In this document: positions 22,192 to 34,707 of the stretch, piece after piece
Position numbering within the stretch: position 1 is the stretch's first letter
Layout: every line of letters begins with the position of its first letter
NCBI GenBank assembly: GCA_051313645.2
Contig: JBNRSN020000006.1
Coordinates: forward strand, 48,794,001 to 48,858,000
Source of the DNA: Centroscyllium fabricii
Lineage: Eukaryota
DNA: 64,000 nucleotides
Direction: 5' to 3'
Notes under the pieces: generated by a model
Seen by the model: only the letters and a program-made list of their open reading frames with translations
Database searches by the model: none
What the model was told of the DNA's origin: nothing
Position numbers and translations under genes: made by a program

Positions 22192-25100
22192 TGTGGTAAA
22201 CCACCATATTGTATATATTGTATAGTGTCTCCCCCTTGTGTCCCCTCCTTGTAATTACTGTACCTGTATGTATAGTTGTGACTCCTTGTCTTGTCTGGGA
22301 GGACTTGTCTGGGAGGACTCAGCTCCTTAGCTTCCTCTCCAGGCTCCACCCACAACCTGGGTATAAAAGTGCCTGCACACCTGGGTGCTTTCACTTTGAC
22401 TCAGATCGCCAGACCTGTAGCAACAGTTCTAAGTCAATAAAAGCCTCGGTTGCATCGAACCTTCGACTGGTTGTGATTGATTGTGCATCAATTTTATTGA
22501 CTTAGTTTTACAAGGAAAACTTCCCGCGGAAAATGGAAAAGTTCCTGAGACCCAACAGACTAGAACTCATCCCGCGACCGGCAGGCGCTGAGCGGGCCTT
22601 CGCGCACTGGGTCTCCTGTTTCGAGTCCTTCCTCGAAGAATCCCACGAGACTGTGGACACAGAACGGCGAAAACTCAAAGTCCTGCGAGCTCTGATCAGC
22701 CCAGAGTTCTTCAGTCTAATCGAGGGCGAAACGACCTACAGAAATGCCCTGGACACTTTAAAAGCACGCTTCACCGCCCCGACGAACGAAATCTACACCA
22801 GACACCTATTACTGAACAGGAAACAGCAGCCTGGTGAGTCATTCGCAGACTTTATGGTAGCGTTACGAACGCTCATGCGCGCCCGCAATTGTAAGCCGTT
22901 GACGGCCAACCAGCACCAGGACTTAATCCTCAGAGATGCCCTTGTGGAAGGACTCCGGTCCACCTATACCCGCCAGCGGCTGCTGGAGCGGGGTAATATA
23001 GACTTGACTGCTGCTGAAATGCTAGCGGAATCGCTGGAGGTGGCGCACCTCCAGGGGGAGGCTTCCAACCAGCAGGGGTCGCGGGTGCAAGCATCGTGGG
23101 CGGTTGAATCGACCGCCGTTGTGCCCCCACTCACGTCCGTGGCAGCAGCCCAACCTCAGAAGTGCTATTTCTGCGGGCAGGCTAAACACCCTAGGCAGCG
23201 CTGCCCTGCAAAAGAAGCACTGTGCTCCAGCTGCAAAAAGAAAGGACATTACGCAGCAGTCTGCAGAAGCAAACCCCTCCCCCCCAGCAGCGCCGCGTGT
23301 GTTTCCACAGAGCGGCCATCTTGGAGCAGCCAGCACGCCCCTCCACGTGGCGATCGTGGGGGCAGCCATTTTGAATCGGCCGGCCATCTTAAACCCTCCC
23401 CCCCCTCCACATGGCGATCGTGGGAGCAGCCATTTTGAATCGGGCGGCCATCTTGAGCCCTACTCAACCGCGTGTGAACGATGGATGCCGCCACGCTTAA
23501 CCTGGGCGTACCCAGCACAGAATTGGCCAGCATCACCCGCCTCTACAGGGAGCGACCTACAAGAAGACCTGCGACTCCAACAACTCGCCTCAATCACCTT
23601 GGATCAGACTCGGCCCCACCAACTTGCGCGATCTACCATAGACATTGAGGTAAACGGCCGTGCGGTTAACTGCCTATTTGACTCGGGGAGTACCGAAAGT
23701 TTTATACACCCGGACACGGTGCGGAGGCTTTCCCTCACGGTACTCCCCGTGCGCCAGCGGATCTCACTGGCTTCCAACACAGCGACTGCGGAAGTCGGTG
23801 GTCTCTGCGTAGTTACACTTAAGGTGCGGGGTACTGTGTTTAGCCGGTTTAAACTGTTCATCTTCCCCCATCTCTGCGCTGCCGTCCTACTAGGCCTCGA
23901 CTTCCAAAGCCACCTCGACAGCGTCATCATGAAAAACGGTGGCCCCCTTCCTCCGTTGACCGTCTGTAGCCAGCAGTTTTTGCAACGTAAGCCCCACACT
24001 GTTTGCAGCCTTTCGACCCTCAAGGTCGCCCCCCCTCATTATTTGCTAACCTCACCCCCGACTGTAAGCCCATCGCTACCAAAAGCAGGCGCAACAGCAC
24101 GGGGGACAGACTGTTCATTATGTCTGAGGTCCAGCGGCTCCTGAGGGAGGGGTTCATCCAGGCCAGCAACAGCCCCTGGAGAGCCCAGGTTGTAGTCGTC
24201 AAGACCGGCACCAAGCACCGCCTGGTCATCGACTACAGCCAGACGATCAACCACTTCACTCAATTGGACACATACCCCCTGCCTCGCATCTCAGACATGG
24301 TCAATGAGATCGTGCAGTACAGGGTGTTTTCTACAATTGACCTGAAGTCGGCGTATCATCAGCTCCCCATCCGCCCTGGAGACCGCCACTTCACTGCCTT
24401 TGAGGCGAATGGCCGTCTCTATCACTTTCTGAGGGTCCCTTTTGGAGTCACCAACGGTGTGTCGGTCTTCCAACGGGAGATGGACTGGATGGTGGACGAA
24501 AACGGGCTGCTGGCTACCTTCCCCTACCTCGACAATGTCACCATCTGTGGCCACGACATGAAGGACCACAATGCCAACCTGGCCAAATTCCTCCACACCG
24601 CCCAGCTCCTCAACCTCACCTACAATGAGGAAAAATGCATTTTCCGCACCACCCGCCTCGCCATCCTGGGCTGCGTCGTGGCAAACGGGGTCATCGGCCC
24701 GGACCCCGAACGCATGCGCCCCCTCATGGAGCTTCCCCTCCCCCAGAGCCCAAAGGCCCTGAAAAGGTGCCTGGGCTTCTTCTCGTACTATGCCCAATGG
24801 GTCCCCGAGTACGCTGACAAAGCCCGCCCCCTTCTGAAATCAACCTCCTTTCCCCTGTCGAACGAGGCTCGTGCAGCCTTCGACAGCATTAAGTCAGCCA
24901 TCGCCAAGGCGACCATGCACGCCGTGAACGAATCCACCCCGTTCCAGGTGGAAAGTGATGCCTCTGACTTTGCCCTGGCCGCCACTCTCAACCTGTCGGG
25001 GCGGCCGGTGGCCTTCTTCTCCTGCACCCTCCACGGCCCCAAAATCAGGCATTCATCAGTGGAGAAGGAGGCCCAGGCCATCGTGGAAGCGGTGCGGCAC

Positions 25101-26810
25101 TGGAGACACTACCTGGCCGGTAGAAGATTTACCCTGCTCACTGACCAGCGGTCGGTGGCTTTCATGTTTAGTAATAACCAGCGGGGTAAAATCAAAAACG
25201 ATAAAATCTTACGGTGGAGCATTGAACTGTCCACCTACAATTACGATATCTTGTACCGGCCCGGTAAGCTCAATGAGCCCCCGGACGCACTATCCCGTGG
25301 AACCTGTGCCAGCGCACAAGTGGATAGACTGCAGTCCATCCACAACGACCTCTGCCACCCCAGAGTCACCCGGCTCTTTCACTTCGTGAAGTCTCGCAAC
25401 CTGCCCTACTCCGTTTCGGACGTCCGGGACGTCACCAGGCACTGCCCGACCTGTGCGGAGTGCAAACCAAATTATTTTCAGCCAGACAGAGCCAGCCTGG
25501 TCAAGGCCACCCGCCCCTTTGAACGACTGAGCGTCGACTTCAAGGGGCCCCTCCCCTCCACCAACAGAAACGTGTATTTCCTTACCGTCATTGACGAGTA
25601 CTCGCGTTTCCCCTTCGCAATCCCTTGCCCTGACATGACCACAGCCACGACCATCAGGTGTCTGCACAGCATCTTCACCATGTTCGGCTTCCCCAACTTC
25701 ATCCACACTGACAAGGGGTCGTCGTTCATAAGTGATGAGCTGCATCAGTACCTGCTCTCCAAAGGGGTTGCAACGAGTAGGACCACCAGCTACAACCCCC
25801 GGGGCAACGGGCAGGTTGAGCGGGAGAACGGTACTGTCTGGAAGGCCATCAGCCTCGCCCTACGGTCCAGGGGCTTCCCCGTCTCCCGCTGGCAGGAGGT
25901 CCTCCCCGATGCCCTCCACTCCATTAGGTCGCTGCTCTGCACAGCCAGTAATGCCATCCCTCATGAGCGGATGTTTTGCTTCCCCAGGAAGTCTGCATCT
26001 GGGACCTCGCTGCCAGCGTGGCTGACATCCCCCGGGCCTGTCTTGCTCCGGAGACACATGAGGGCCCACAAGACAGACCCCCTGGTTGAAAGGGTACAGC
26101 TCCTCCACGCCAACCCCCAGTACGCCTACATGTCATTCCCGGACGGGCGGGAGGATACGGTCTCCATTAGAGACCACCGGCCCCCCCACCCCAACCACCG
26201 TTCCCCTTCACGAGACGCTGTTGTCTGGTTTTTTTACAGCTCCTGTAGACGGCATGCCGGGGACTCGGGATTACCGATCGATGCACGACCCCCACTCCTC
26301 CACAACTGCACCACCACCGGTTTCAGAGGACACCACACAGCCAGAACTGCAACAACCGCTGGAGGCAGCACGGCCGCCAACCCCGGGATCGGCACCTAGA
26401 CCGACACTACGATGGTCACTTCGGCAGACCAGACCACCTGAAAGACTGAATCTCTGAACTTACGAACTCACGATGCCGCACCCCCGCCATTATTTTTTTA
26501 AACAGGGGGTGAATGTGGTAAACCACCATATTGTATATATTGTATAGTGTCTCCCCCTTGTGTCCCCTCCTTGTAATTACTGTACCTGTAGTTGTGACTC
26601 CTTGTCTTGTCTGGGAGGACTTGTCTGGGAGGACTCCGCTCCTTAGCTTCCTCTCCAGGCTCCGCCCACAACCTGGGTATAAAAGTGCCTGCACACCTGG
26701 GTGCTTTCACTTTGACTTAGAAGATCGCCAGACCTGTAAGCAACAGTTCTAAGTCAATAAAAGCCTTGGTTGCATCGAACCTTTGACTGGTTGTGATTGA
26801 TTGTGCATCA
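22192..26810 (+). mobile_element. Ty3/Gypsy LTR retrotransposon without a tRNA PBS (element G1)
   Basis: LTRs 22192-22490 and 26514-26810, TSD GTAAT, PPT aacagggggtgaa, gene order gag-PR-RT-RH-IN. Confidence 0.95.
22533..26457 (+). pseudogene. G1 gag-pol, broken into ORFs 22533-23438, 23104-24144, 24003-26399 and a C-terminal piece ending 26457
   Basis: CYFCGQAKHPRQRC and CSSCKKKGHYAAVC knuckles, LFDSGS, YLDN, VESDASD, HNDLCH..CPTC, LSVDFKGP, NGQVER. Frame breaks lie at or near C homopolymers. Confidence 0.9.
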
Positions 26811-27670
26811 GTAATGTAGGCAAGCATAGCAGCCAATTTGTCCACAGCAAGATCCCGCAAACAGCAATGAGATAAATTACCAGACAATTTGCTTTTTGTG
26901 GTGTTGATTGAGGGAAAGAATCATAGACATTTACAGCACAGACGGAGGCCATTCATCTCATCATGTCTGTGCCAGCCGAAAAAGAGCTAACCAGCCTAAT
27001 CCCACTTTCCAGCTCTTGGTCCGTAGCCTTATAGGTAACAGCACCTCAAGTGCATATCCGAGTACTTATTAAATGTGATTAGGGTTTCTGCCTCTACCAC
27101 CCTTTCAGGCAGTGAGTTCCAGACCCCCACCACCCTCTGGGTGAAAATATTTCTCCTCAACTCCTTCTACCTATTACTTTAAATCTATGCCCCCTGGTTA
27201 TTGACCTCTCTGCTAAGGGGACGATGTCCTTCCTGTCCACTCTATCTAGAACTCCCCAGCTCTTTTATTACATCCACTTGAGAGGGCAGAGAGGACCTTG
27301 GTTTAACTTCGCATCCGAATGGCAGCACCTCCAACAGTGCAGCACTCCCTCAGAAGTGTCAGCCTAGATTATTGCTCAAGACTCCGGAACAGGGTTTGAA
27401 CCCATGACCTTCTGACTCAGAGGTAAGGGAGCTACGACTGAGCCACAACTGATATTGATGGTAAGGGAAATATGGGGGAGCAGAACCATTATGTAATGGG
27501 CCTCCACCTAAGCACTGTTCTCTCAACGATTTGTAGCGCAGTATAAAAACCGCACAAGAAATCCAGTTCTAAACCCCTGATTTGGGGATTCAAAAACTGG
27601 AATTCTTAATCCCAAATTTTAGATTCAGAACTTCTCTGACCCCTAAACTTGTCACTCTAACAAGAATATT

Positions 27671-28538
27671 GGGCCAGAATTTCGGGTTTGCCGGTTGGTG
27701 CGGAACTAGGACCCTGCGGACACCTTTCGAACCGCACCAACATCGCACATTTTTTACTCCCAGCATTTCGGCTCGGCTCCGCCCCCTTCCTGCGCAACGT
27801 GGCAGTCCAGCCACGCTAGGAGCTCAGTTGATGCGCTGCCGTCGTGCGTGGGCAACAGTGATGCCCCACCCACAGATCACAAATTTAAATTAAAAAACGC
27901 CCACAGATCACCAATTTAAATTAAAAAACGCTCACAGATCCCGAGTCGGACCTTTTAGAGGGCAGGGACGTGAGGCGCTGCACTCACAGACTCGGCAGTG
28001 AGCAGCGCGGCCAGACCAGCTTTTCACCGAAGGTAAGTCAGCGATTTTTTTCTCTTAGTTTTTTAACTTAACTAAATTAGTTAAAACTTTCAGAACTTTA
28101 AATTTAGAAATTAGCGATTTGGAATAGGTATAGCAATTGAAAATCAGATTTGTAACATTTAAAAAAAAACGTTAACATCCAAATTTAATGATACCGATCT
28201 GGCCACATTACTCCCAAAAACTGTTAAAACTTAAAATTAAAGGTAAAAAAGTAACTTACCTTGTTTAAGAACGTTTTTCTCTCCCTCACGCACGAGTTAC
28301 TACAGCTTTTCTGATGTGCATCTCAAGGCTATGTTGCCCACAGAATCACACAGCAAATTGACCCTTTTCCACCAGAATTCTTGGGTGCAACTCACTCCTG
28401 CGTGCGATGCTGAGGGCCCTTCTCCCTCAGCATCGGAAATCTCAGATCCGTGGGCATCTCCCGTGCGTTCATCACACGGGGCATTTTGGACCCGTTCATG
28501 CGTGGGCATCTGGTGCGAGGCACCCGAAATTCCGGCCC
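27671..28538. mobile_element. Harbinger-type MITE
   Basis: TIR GGGCC(A/G)GAATTTCGGGT, flanks ATT/AAT. Confidence 0.8.
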
Positions 28539-29099
28539 AATGTTTTCTATGGGTGTTTTTTGTGTTCACCAGAGGGGAAGGGATAAGTCTCTTTAAGTTT
28601 TTTGTGACATAGCTTGACTTTCAATAAAACCCTTGCTGTATCCGACCCTTATGATGTCAACTTGATGGTGCTGCTTTATGAGAAATGCATTATGTAGCCC
28701 CCTCTTCCAGGAAACCAGCCAGGTGAACAAGCTTAGCTCCAATTTTTTGCAAAGGAACCTGACTGTAGGTATCTTGCCTATAGTTGGCCCTGAACCACAT
28801 CCTGTGTTTTGATGTAAAGGTAAGGGTGCAATATCTGCACGTTCTGAATTTAGACCCTACTCTTCTGCGAAGTACGTTCTAACCACTTCCTATCAATGTG
28901 TGTAGAACTTTAAATCGAGACTGGCAGTGTCTGGTGTTTTAGCTGTTCGTCTGTTCAGATAAAGTGTGACATGTTTTCGATCTTTTTCTGGAGTAAGCTA
29001 TTGTTATGTTTCTTTTTTATCACAGCTGACAGTTTCTATGGTTATTGAATAATGCCACCAGGCAAATCATGCATGTGTTTGGTTTCTCTTGTGACTTTA

Positions 29100-29784
29100 C
29101 AGCAACAAAAACGTGCATTTATACAGCGCCTTTCAAGTAGTAAAACGTCCCAAGGTGCTTCACAGCAGCGTTATCAAACAAAATTTGACACCAAGCCCCA
29201 TAAGCAGATGTTAAGGCAGGTGACCAAAGGTAGGTTTTTTAAGGAGCATCTTGAAGGGGGAGAGGTAGAGAGGCAGAGAGGTTTAGGGAGGGAATTCTAG
29301 AGCTCAGAGCCTCGGCAGCCAATGGTGGAGCGATTAAAATTGGAGATGCACAAGAGGCCAAAATTAGAGATATCTCGGAAGGTTGTAGGGTTGAGGAGGT
29401 TACAGAGGTAGGGAGGGTCGAGGCCATGGCGCGATTTGAAAACAAGGATGAGAATTTTTAAATCGAGGCATTGCTTAAACCGAAGCCAATGTAGGTCAGC
29501 GAGCACAGGGGTGATGGGTGAATGGTACTTGGTGCGAGTTAGGATACGGGCAGCAGAGTTTTGGATGAGCTTAATTTTATGGAGGGTGGAAGATGGGAGG
29601 CCACCCACAATTGCATTGGAGTCGTCAAGTCCAGAAGTAACAAAGGCATAGATGAGGGTTTCAGCAGCAGATAAGGTGAGCCAGGGCAGAGTCAGGTGAT
29701 GTTATGGAGTTGGAGAATTGGTGGTCTTCGTGATGGCGCGGATATGTGGCCGGAAGCTCATCTTGGGGCCAAATACAATACCAA
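29100..29784 (-). mobile_element. L2 LINE 3' fragment
   Basis: ORF 29297-29608 LIQNSAARILTRTK...ITPVLADLHWL, plus L2 tail. Confidence 0.85.
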
Positions 29785-30573
29785 GGGGGGGATTTTCCTC
29801 AGGTCATGAGGGCGGGTTTCCGGCAGGGCGGGGCTTAAAATCCCGAAACCGGGGGTCCTGACCCCTCCCGCCGGATCCCCGCCACTTTGTGGTTTTTGGC
29901 TGGCGTGTCCAGCCGGCCCGAATCTTTCCCGCCGGTGGGGTTGATCGTTGAGGTCATTCGGGGCCCTTAATTGCCATGGGTAATCCCATTTTAAGGGTCC
30001 CTCGTGATTTTGGATCCCTTCCCACCCATACCCCACCATCCTGAAACCCCGCCGGTGAAAGCTAGCGGGATCTCAGTCGGCTTGGTCACTTTCACCTTCA
30101 AGGCATTGAAGGACCTACAGCAGAATGCCTTCCAGGCCTTCAACACCCTGGAGGTGGAAGTGACTCCCTTGGGTGAAGATCAGCTGTGGCGAAAACACTG
30201 AAAAGACTCACCTTGACAGATGCTGCAATGCTTCATAGAGAGTTGGCCCCTCACTGCGAAAGCTTTGCAGCGAGTCCTTAGACGTGTCACTCAACCCACT
30301 TGGGCTTTGAGATTGGCTGCACTCCATTGTGATGTCACAATGGACTGTTTCCATAGAAACTAACAACACACAGTCCCTAGAACTGCCAATCAAACCTCTG
30401 GCTGTCAACTGCAGCCCACTGCGTTTTGACTGGAAATTGTGTATTGGCAGGGGCTCCCCACACGCAGGCAATTAATTGGCCAATTAAGCCAAAATTGTGT
30501 GGGTTTCCCAGGCCCTCAAACTGACCCGCCAAAATCCGGCCAGCTTCCCACACCTTTGTGAAAATCCTCCCCC
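29785..30573. mobile_element. Harbinger-type MITE inserted in L2
   Basis: Termini GGGG..GATTTTC / GAAAATCCTCCCCC. Internal motifs (ccgccggtgaaa, gggcccttaat) are shared with the left arm of 1421-4478. Confidence 0.65.
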
Positions 30574-31169
30574 GCATGGTTGTGAACACTCTGATCTGAC
30601 TAGCTTTGATCTGACTAGTATAATCCGGTAACCGAAAAGCCGGCAACTTCAGTCGTCCGGCACAAATCGCCCCAACTGACCTGCGCATGCACAAAATGGC
30701 CGTTGCGATCGAGGCTTCGGCAAATGATCTGCGCAAGCGCTCGCTGTTCGGCGGCGCATGCGCAGATCATTCGCCGAAGCCTCGATCGCGGTGGCCATTT
30801 TGCACATGCGCAGGGCAGTCGGGGCAAGCAGACAGGCAGGAGAGGACAGGCGAGAGAGAGCAGCAGAGCCCAGTCCAGCCTTTGATCAGCCAGCAGGCCC
30901 AGCACATTCACACTCACCGTCCGGATGGCTTCAGGAGACCCCGACCCCATGGAAGGCAGCAGCGACTCGGACTCGGGAGGCCGAGAGCTCCAGCGCCTTG
31001 GAGTTGCTGGGAGACGAGGAGGAGAAGCAGGAGGCCTTCTCCGACCTGTCGGATGAGGAGCAGATGCCCCACATCGGTGTTTACTGCGCGCCCTCAACCG
31101 CGCTTGAAACGGGGACAGGTCCTGCCTGGCTGGCCTTGATTGGGTGGTGGCAGGGGGGGGGGGGGTGGC

Positions 31170-31420
31170 AGGAGGTTTGTGATTGGTGTAATGGCCTGTC
31201 AATCCCATGGCTGGGGGGGAGAGGAGGCTTGTGATTGGTGAAGCAGCCTGTCAATCCTGCGGCTAGGGTGATAGGAGGCTTGTGATTGGTGGAGCAGCCT
31301 GTCAATCCTGCCGGTTAGGGTGATAGGAGGTTTTTGATTGGTGGAGCGGCCTGTCAATCCCGTGGCTGGGGGGGAACAGGAGGATTACGATTGGTGAAGC
31401 AGCCTGTCAATCCTGTGGCA
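31170..31420. repeat. ~51-54-bp tandem repeat (5 copies) with GATTGG-N9-CTGTCAATCC
   Basis: Motif at 31181, 31233, 31284, 31335, 31389. Confidence 0.85.
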
Positions 31421-31572
31421 AGGAGAGGGAGCCGATTTTGTGATTGCAATGTTATGCGCATGCGCGCGACCATTTTGAATGGTGCGCGCACACTGGCCAG
31501 CTTCATTCTTCTGTTTTTTTCGCAAAACCGGCCCAGGCCCAGTCCCGCCCGTGCCGGTATAACGGTGCTTAA

Positions 31573-32148
31573 AGGCCCTGTCATACCTAGACGTTTTAGC
31601 CAGCGTATGCAAATTTGGCTAAAACGCTGGGTTACGTCGGATACGTTATGGGTACGTTACGAGAACGCTGGGCATACGTTGCATACGTCGTTGTACTTCG
31701 AGTAAGTCGAGAATTTTTGAGCATGCACAAAAAATCTCGACTTATCCAGCGTATGACTCACACGTTCCGCATACGCTGGCCATACGTTGTAGGCACGTTA
31801 GGCGATCGTTGAACACACTTTACCTGTGCCCCTGTGATGCCCTGTCACAACTTGACGATTTAGTATGCCAACATATCAAAATTTATCTAAAACGTCGGCG
31901 ATACGCTGCCGCGCGCTATGCATACGTTAGACTATCGTTGGGCATAAGTTGTGAAAGCCGACAACACGCTAAGCATTCGTTGGTATAAGTTATCTGTAAG
32001 TTATCGATACGTTCTGTGTACGTTACTAATACGTTATGCATACGTTATGAATACGCTATTATACGCCCAAAACTGAAAAAAGTCAAAAATTCAGCGTTTT
32101 AGCCAAATTTGCATACGCTGGCTAAAACGTCTAGGTGTGACAGGGCCT
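31573..32148 (+). mobile_element. Young CpG-rich Harbinger-type MITE, copy 1
   Basis: ~55-bp TIR AGGCCCTGTCA(C/T)ACCTAGACGTTTTAGCCAGCGTATGCAAATTTGGCTAAAACGCTG, TSD TAA/TAA. Confidence 0.9.
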
Positions 32149-32254
32149 TAACCTGTATTTATTTTGTTGATCTATAAGAACAGATATTGTTGCATAATTT
32201 TATCTCTTGAACTCATTGAATAAAAGTGACAAATATGAATAGAGGATATAAACT

Positions 32255-32450
32255 GCTGGCTAAATTGGTAAGTGCACTCCCACTGTGGTACTTAGCCACA
32301 CAAACCAGAGGTACCAGGTGTCGTCCCCGGGCTATGCTGTCTTAACTGATCCCAGCTGGGACAACGTTACGAGTACAGCAAATAACCTCACTGTCCCAGG
32401 GCCGAGGAGGGCAAAATCAGCCCAAGTTCCTGCTCTTGATCACTCTCCAT
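32255..32450 (+). mobile_element. LF-SINE-like fragment followed by a DeuSINE fragment (~32480-32760)
   Basis: tacttagccacacaaaccagaggtaccaggtg...gctgtcttaactgatcccagc resembles an LF-SINE head. Degenerate. Confidence 0.5.
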
Positions 32451-33438
32451 GTCAGCTCAGGTTAGTGTGTTTCAGTAAGTGGTGGATTCAAGCTCCACTC
32501 CAGGACTTGAGCCTGGGCTGACACTGCAGTGAAGAATTGAGGAAGCACTGCATTATTGGAGGTGCTGCTCTTCAGATTAGATGTTAAACAGAGGTCCCCA
32601 TCTGCTGGGTCAGCTTGACATTAAAGATCCCATGACATTATGTGAAGAAGAGGCTGGAGTTGACCTTGGTCAATATTTTTCCCCCAACCAACGGCAACAC
32701 AGCAGAGTAACTGGACATTCATCTCATTGCTGTCTCGATTTTGCTGTATGGCAGCTGCATTTGTGTAATACTGAAGCCTGCTGGACATGCATGTGTGCAT
32801 GAACATCAGGCGAGGACAGGCTAAAGCTTATCTATGATCGAACAACCTGTTGCCATCCACTGCAAGGTTCCCTCACAAAGAATGACATCTTGGTTAAGGT
32901 ATTGGTGTATTGACAACATCTGTTGAACTATAATGCAGCGAGCGCTTAGCTGTCTCGGCCCTAATCTCAGATTTCCCTCCCTAAGCTTTTCCGCCTTTTT
33001 ACCTCTCCTCTTTTAAATCGCGCCTTAAAACCTGCCTCTTTGACCAAGCTGTCCTAATATCTCTTTAAGTGACTCGGTGTCAATTTTTGCCTGATAACAA
33101 TCCTGTGAAGCCCCTTGGGACATTTTATCACGTTAAAGGTGCAAGTGGTATCAAGGAACCCGAGTAAAACTGGAGTCAATGGGAATCGGGGGAAAAATCT
33201 CCACTGGCTGGAGTCATACCGAGCACAAAGGAAGATGGTTGTGGTGGTTGGACGTCAACCATCACAGCCCCAGGACATCGCTGCAGGAGTTCCTCAGGGC
33301 AGTGTCCTAGGCCCAACCATCTTCAGCTGCTTCATCAATGACCTTCCCTCCAACATAAGGTCAGAAGTGGGGATGTTCGCTGAAGATTTCAGAGTGTTCA
33401 GCACCATTCACAATGCCTCAGATAATGAAGCAGTCCAC

Positions 33439-34107
33439 AGATCATTGAAGGCTGCCACCCAGGTGGATAAGGCAGTAAAAAAGGCCTATGGTGTATTGGC
33501 CTTCCTCAACAGGGGAATAGAGTTTAAGAACCGGGAGGTCATGCTACAGCTGTACAGGTCACTGGTGAGACCACACTTGGAGTACTGTGTGCAGTTCTGG
33601 GCACCGTACTACAGGAGTGATGTGGAGGCGTTGGAGAGGGTACAGAGGAGATTCGCCAGGATGCTGCTGGGAATGGGGGGAAAGTCGTACGAGGACAGGT
33701 TGAGGGAGCTGGGACTCTTCTCCCTGGAGCGGAGAAGGAAGAGGGGGGACTTAATAGAGATGTTTAAGATGATGAAGGGGATCGATAGAGTAAACGTGCA
33801 GAGACTGTTTCCCCGGGTGGGAAGAACGACAACAAGAGGGCACGAGCACAAGATTCAAGGAGGAAGATTCAGAAGGGATGGCAGGGGCAAGTTCTTTACA
33901 CAGAGAGTGGTCGGGGCGTGGAATAGGCTACCATCTGAAATAGTGGATGCGGACAGTCTGGGAGCTTTTAAAAGGATGATAGATAGGTACATGGAGGGGA
34001 AGGAAGAGTAGGGGGGACAGGAAAAATCAGAGACGGACTAAGCGCGGCACTACATTGAGGGCCCAAGGGCCTGTACAGTGCTGTATGTTCTATGTTCTAT
34101 GTTCTAT
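33439..34107 (+). mobile_element. 5'-truncated CR1
   Basis: LVRPHLEYCVQFWAP...FFTQRVV, tail (ttctatg)n. Confidence 0.9.
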
Positions 34108-34488
34108 GCCCGCATGCAACAAGACCTGGACGACGTTTAAGCTTGGGCTGATAAGTGGCAGGTATCATTCTCGCCACAGAAGTGCCAGACAATGACTATC
34201 TCCAACATCTCTAACCACCGCCCCTTGACACTCAATGACATTACCATCACCAAATCTCCCACCATCAACATCCTGGGGGTCACCATTGACCAGGAACGTA
34301 ACTGGACCAGCCACATAAATACTGTGGCAACAAGAGCAGGTCAGAGGCTGGGTATTCTGCGTCGAGTGTCTCACCAAAGCCTTTCCACCATCTACAAGGC
34401 ACAAGTAAGGAATGTGATGGAATACTCTCCACTTGCTTGGATGAGTGCAGCTCTAACAACACTCAAGAAGCTCGACACCATCCAGGAC

Positions 34489-34707
34489 TGTTGTGTTTTG
34501 AGTTTGCTTTAATTAAGTTTGTCCCAGTGCCTGGGTGTTACCTGAAGGGAGGGGCCTGGGGGGGGGTCCTGTTTGACTTTGGCTTCACTTTCGTTTTGGG
34601 GTTCTGCTTGGCAGACCATGTGCTGTAATGTCCACCAACTTACTCAGTAAATAGTTAAAAGTACATTCCGTCTCTTCTACTCATTACTGTTCGGTCAAGA
34701 TGTAATA
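34489..34707. mobile_element. Solo LTR (219 bp) unrelated to the other LTRs here
   Basis: TGTT...AATA ends (CA decayed to TA), 5-bp TSD AGGAC at 34484-88 and 34708-12. Confidence 0.75.

Larger units (their letters stand above)
22092..27450 (-). mobile_element. DeuSINE split by the Gypsy (22192-26810) and a CR1 tail (~26918-27250)
   Basis: Tail at 22092-22191, body resumes 26816-26917, head ~27250-27450 with B-box-like gggtttgaaccc. Confidence 0.7.
30617..32155. mobile_element. Tigger-type non-autonomous element with a nested Harbinger MITE
   Basis: Right end gtgccggtataacggtgcttaacctg+TA is reconstituted around 31573-32148 and resembles 17718-18051. Left end uncertain. Confidence 0.55.

Noticed and set aside
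23390-23440. Programmed gag-pol frameshift in G1
   Set aside because: Relative G2 has gag-pol in a single frame, and the break lies in a C homopolymer.
33115-34011. 298-aa ORF that looks like a continuous RT
   Set aside because: Chance in-frame fusion of two LINE families at 33438/33439. The host LINE resumes at 34108.
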